A stretch of 64,000 bases of DNA from an uncultured Gemmatimonadales bacterium (GTDB lineage: Bacteria > Gemmatimonadota > Gemmatimonadetes > Palauibacterales > Palauibacteraceae). Position numbers and translations under genes: made by a program. The notes under the pieces are model-generated. The model was not told where the DNA came from, did no database searches, and worked only from the letters and a program-made list of their open reading frames with translations. Each line of letters begins with the position of its first letter. Position 1 is the first letter of the stretch. This document shows, piece after piece, positions 62,601 through 64,000 of this stretch. The stretch is taken from contig CAWANJ010000001.1 in assembly GCA_963783385.1 (NCBI GenBank), positions 32,001 through 96,000 of the forward strand, in the 5' to 3' direction.

Positions 62601-63145
62601 GCGAAGCCGTTCTGCTTGGAGGCGACCAGGTAGTGTCCGTCCGGCGTCCACTCCGGGGACTGGTAGAGGTCGTGCTTCCCCTTCGTCACCTGCACCGTGT
62701 CCCTCCCGTCCACCGACACGATCCAGAGGTTCTCCGAGCCACTCCGGTCCGACACGAAGGCCACCCGCTTCCCATCGGGGCTGAAGCGCGGCTGCCCGTC
62801 GAACGCCTGGCCGGTGGTGAGGGGCGTGGCCTCGCCCCCGTCGATCGGTAGGACGTAGAGGTCACCCAGGTAGTCGAACACGATCCGGCGGCCGTCGGGG
62901 TTCACGTCCAGTGACATCCACGAGCCCTCCGACTCGGTCAGCCGCAGCGTGTCCGCGGTCTGCAGAGGCAGCGGCTTCCCGGACGCCCGGTCCTTCGTCC
63001 CCTTCCCGGGCGTGGTGTCGGGTGCGCTAGCCGCCCGGCGCGCGGCTTCGGCCACCGCCGTCGCCGCCCGGGCGGAGGAGGGGGCCCGCAGCCAGCCCGC
63101 GAGCGCGACGAGGAAGAGGGACGGAAGAAGCCTGGCGAGGCGCAT
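59645..63145 (-). CDS. Secreted TolB-like propeller plus amidohydrolase fusion protein
   Basis: EGSWMSLDV, PD40 repeats, PGYVDTHAH, YGVTTTRDP, GSHGQL, GSIEPGKLAD. Confidence 0.92.
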   Translation of the reverse strand: MRLARLLPSLFLVALAGWLRAPSSARAATAVAEAARRAASAPDTTPGKGTKDRASGKPLPLQTADTLRLTESEGSWMSLDVNPDGRRIVFDYLGDLYVLPIDGGEATPLTTGQAFDGQPRFSPDGKRVAFVSDRSGSENLWIVSVDGRDTVQVTKGKHDLYQSPEWTPDGHYLVASKQNGFAPAKPWMYHVEGGTGIQLVKDPEGSGGGRSRGLRLTGAAFGKDPRYIWFAQREGTWQYNAIFPQYELVEYDRKTGETFTRTDRYGSAFRPTLSPDGRWLVYGTRHDAQTGLRIRDLATGQEKWLAYPVQRDDQESSASRDVYPGMSFTPDSKALVVTYGGKIWRVPVDGSAPSEIPFTVHTDVPLGPRLDFEYPIPDSATFVVRQIRDAVPSPDGTRLAFTALDRLYVMDWPDGQPKRLTSSEDLIEAEPTWSPDGGWIAYATWSDSAGGDLYRIRSDGSGRPQRLTTMDALYQEPAWSPDGERIVAVRGPARTYFEHQGPFEPGAREDLVWVPASGGTATVIAPTEGRGNPHFTRAEPDRIFLYSVRDGLVSIRWDGTDSRSYLKVTGATPPGSRQPLRADEVYMGPDEQRALAHVNHQVYVVTVPFVGGETPTVSVGTPDKAAVPVKKLTDVGGQFIAWGADGGTVHWSIGNAHFAYDLVAARAAEDSVKAAKRAEAREKAAEKGEEEAGEDKGAGAEATEPEATEEEGKDEKEEPAYRPVEKRVVVRAPRDIPRGTLVLRGARVVTMKGDQVIENADLVIRDARIEGVGARGQVTIPEGANIMDVSGETIIPGYVDTHAHPWPVWGLHKTQVPKYMANLAYGVTTTRDPQTSTTDVLTYADRVEAGRMLGPRIFSTGPGVFSSEMISSLDEARDVLDRYSEYYHTRYIKMYMTGNRQQRQWVIMAAREQHLLPTTEGGLDLKLDMTHVLDGYPGHEHALPIFPLYDDVIQLMAHTKSAYTPTLIVAYGGPWGENYYYTRHNPHDDAKLRHFTPHQELDSKTRRRGQGTGPGPGGWFRDDEHVFSHIATYARKIMEAGGRLGIGSHGQLDGLGYDWELWMVASGGMTPMQALRVATIMGADDLGLNGDLGSIEPGKLADLQVLDRNPLEDIHNTNSIRYVMKNGRLYDGNTLDEVWPRQVKPDGVYWLGQDPVGVAAGVRERE

Positions 63146-63307
63146 ATGGGGTCGCTCCGGTCTCGGGTCATCATGGAGGGTGACCTGCGGCCGGCTGGCC
63201 CGCAGGGGGCCGACCGGGCGGCGCGCCGGGGCGACCGGCGCCGCGTGGCCGGGCAAGATGGTGGAGAGGGCCCGACACGTCCAGCCCACTCCGGGGCGAG
63301 GTCCGGC

Positions 63308-63791
63308 TCAGCCCTCGCCGGCCAGGAGGGACGGCGTCACGAACCAGGTCAGGCGCCAGCGACGACCGTCGTCCGCGCTCACCAGCCGCAGCACGGCGCC
63401 GGTCGGCACCTCGACGACTTCGGCGTTCTCGTCACCGGTGAGCAGGAGTGACACCAGCCGCTCCACGTGCGGGAGGTGGCCGACCAGGAGGAGCGGGCCA
63501 TCGGACTCGTGCTCCCTCACGGCGTCACGAACGTCGGACGGATCCGCCAGGGGCGACAGGTCGGAGCGCTCCGTCAGAATGCGACACGCCCCCGATCGCC
63601 CCGGCCAGGAGGTCGGCGGTCTCGCGGGCCCGAAGCTTGGGGGAGTGCCACACCTCGGGGATCCGCGCGCCCGCGGCCGCCATGGCCGTCCCCACGCGCC
63701 GGGCGTCGTCACGCCCCGCCTCCGTGAGGGGACGATCTCCTCCACGACTCTCGTCGGCCGCCCGGGCGTGCCGGGCCACGTACAGCTCCAT
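63308..63791 (-). CDS. sixA: Phosphohistidine phosphatase SixA (frameshift near 63600)
   Basis: MELYVARHA, DRPLTEAG, HSPKLRARETA, then LLVGHLP in another frame. Confidence 0.85.
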
Positions 63792-63909
63792 CGTCCTCTC
63801 CTCCCCTTGTATCTCTGCTTCAGTGCGCTACAAATGGAGAGGGGGCGGCAGCTCGAAATCCCCTGGGTCCTCGAGACCGTGACTGAGCATGAGCGTCGCT
63901 CCCTCCTGC

Positions 63910-64000
63910 TCAGGCCGCCGCGCCCGCGGACAGCCGGCGCTTCATCCACTCGATCTGGCCGCCCTGGCGGAGGATCTCGATCTGCCGCTCCGACAGGTCG
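63910..64000 (-). CDS. C-terminal end of a probable aconitase-family protein (gene enters from the right edge)
   Basis: Manual translation DLSERQIEILRQGGQIEWMKRRLSAGAAA* resembles the swivel-domain tail L-S-x-R-Q-x-E-I-L-x-x-G-G. Confidence 0.55.
   Translation of the reverse strand, partial: DLSERQIEILRQGGQIEWMKRRLSAGAAA

Noticed and set aside
3152-62851. Many long alternative-frame and antisense ORFs in the track (e.g. 3152-6208, 7369-10851, 9063-12686, 15995-19303, 44868-47243)
   Set aside because: Shadow ORFs caused by stop-codon scarcity at high GC; they overlap well-supported genes and lack motifs.

Overview
A GC-rich bacterial chromosomal segment. The gene mix (many secreted beta-propeller peptidases and hydrolases, trmFO-maf-ypdA, PcrA) suggests Gemmatimonadota or a similar lineage; this is inference only. 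About 45 genes can be read. They include a satD/DUF3307 pair, an APC permease-RCK fusion, a sugar ABC system with a secreted GH38 alpha-mannosidase, S9/S41/S45/M14 peptidases, two GGDEF-EAL proteins and MgtE. A heme-copper locus has a subunit I lacking the cross-link Tyr (H-G-T-Q-Q), typical of an eNOR-type nitric oxide reductase, with ctaB, two small membrane proteins and an Rrf2 regulator beside it. The most unexplained element is at 39.1-39.6 kb: a near-consensus sigma-54 promoter, two upstream palindromic enhancer-like sites and a ~300-nt densely hairpinned, terminator-ended tract with no credible ORF, directly upstream of an orphan sigma-54 activator with a degenerate receiver domain. At least eight genes carry frameshifts, probably sequencing or assembly indels. 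No rRNA, tRNA, CRISPR array or transposase was recognised.
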